A stretch of 64,000 nt of DNA from Mobula hypostoma. Lineage: Eukaryota. The notes beneath the pieces were generated by a model. It was not told where the DNA came from. It did no database searches and saw only the letters and a program-made list of their open reading frames with translations. The stretch spans positions 54,870,001 to 54,934,000 of the forward strand of contig NC_086111.1 of assembly GCF_963921235.1 (NCBI RefSeq), read 5' to 3'. Positions 63,976-64,000 of this stretch are shown here, one piece after another. The position numbers were made by a program, and so were the translations under genes. Within the stretch, counting starts at the first letter, position 1. Each line of letters starts with the position of its first letter.

Positions 63976-64000
63976 ACCTGTTTATGATCATTTGAGTAAT

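Overview
Vertebrate genomic DNA. The repeat content (abundant CR1, Rex/Babar-type LINEs, V-SINE/HE1-like SINEs, Penelope fragments) suggests a cartilaginous fish, probably a ray; the taxon is inferred. Two + strand genes can be rebuilt from splice sites. (1) A complete five-exon SELENOK (CDS 29573..39244, 95 aa) has an in-frame TGA at 38397-38399 read as selenocysteine, a type II SECIS at 39383-39456 and AATAAA at 39545. (2) ACTR8/Arp8 coding exons 1-5 (46960..63192, 225 aa) continue past the window. The ORF track captures neither gene intact. Much of the remaining sequence is nested transposon debris: CR1, Rex/Babar, RTE-related non-autonomous elements, tRNA-SINEs, Penelope-like GIY-YIG elements, Tc1, Tigger and hAT. 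The most notable signals are: (a) a structured SELENOK 3'UTR with two extra hairpins and a splice donor regenerated at the exon 4/5 junction; (b) a candidate SELENOK uORF; (c) Penelope-derived insertions carrying minimal hammerhead ribozyme motifs, with intact cores seen only antisense inside the genes; (d) two DNA transposons whose non-coding parts resemble mammalian Tigger4 and MER1 as I recall them. I found no demonstrably novel system. TE boundaries are approximate unless a TSD is given.
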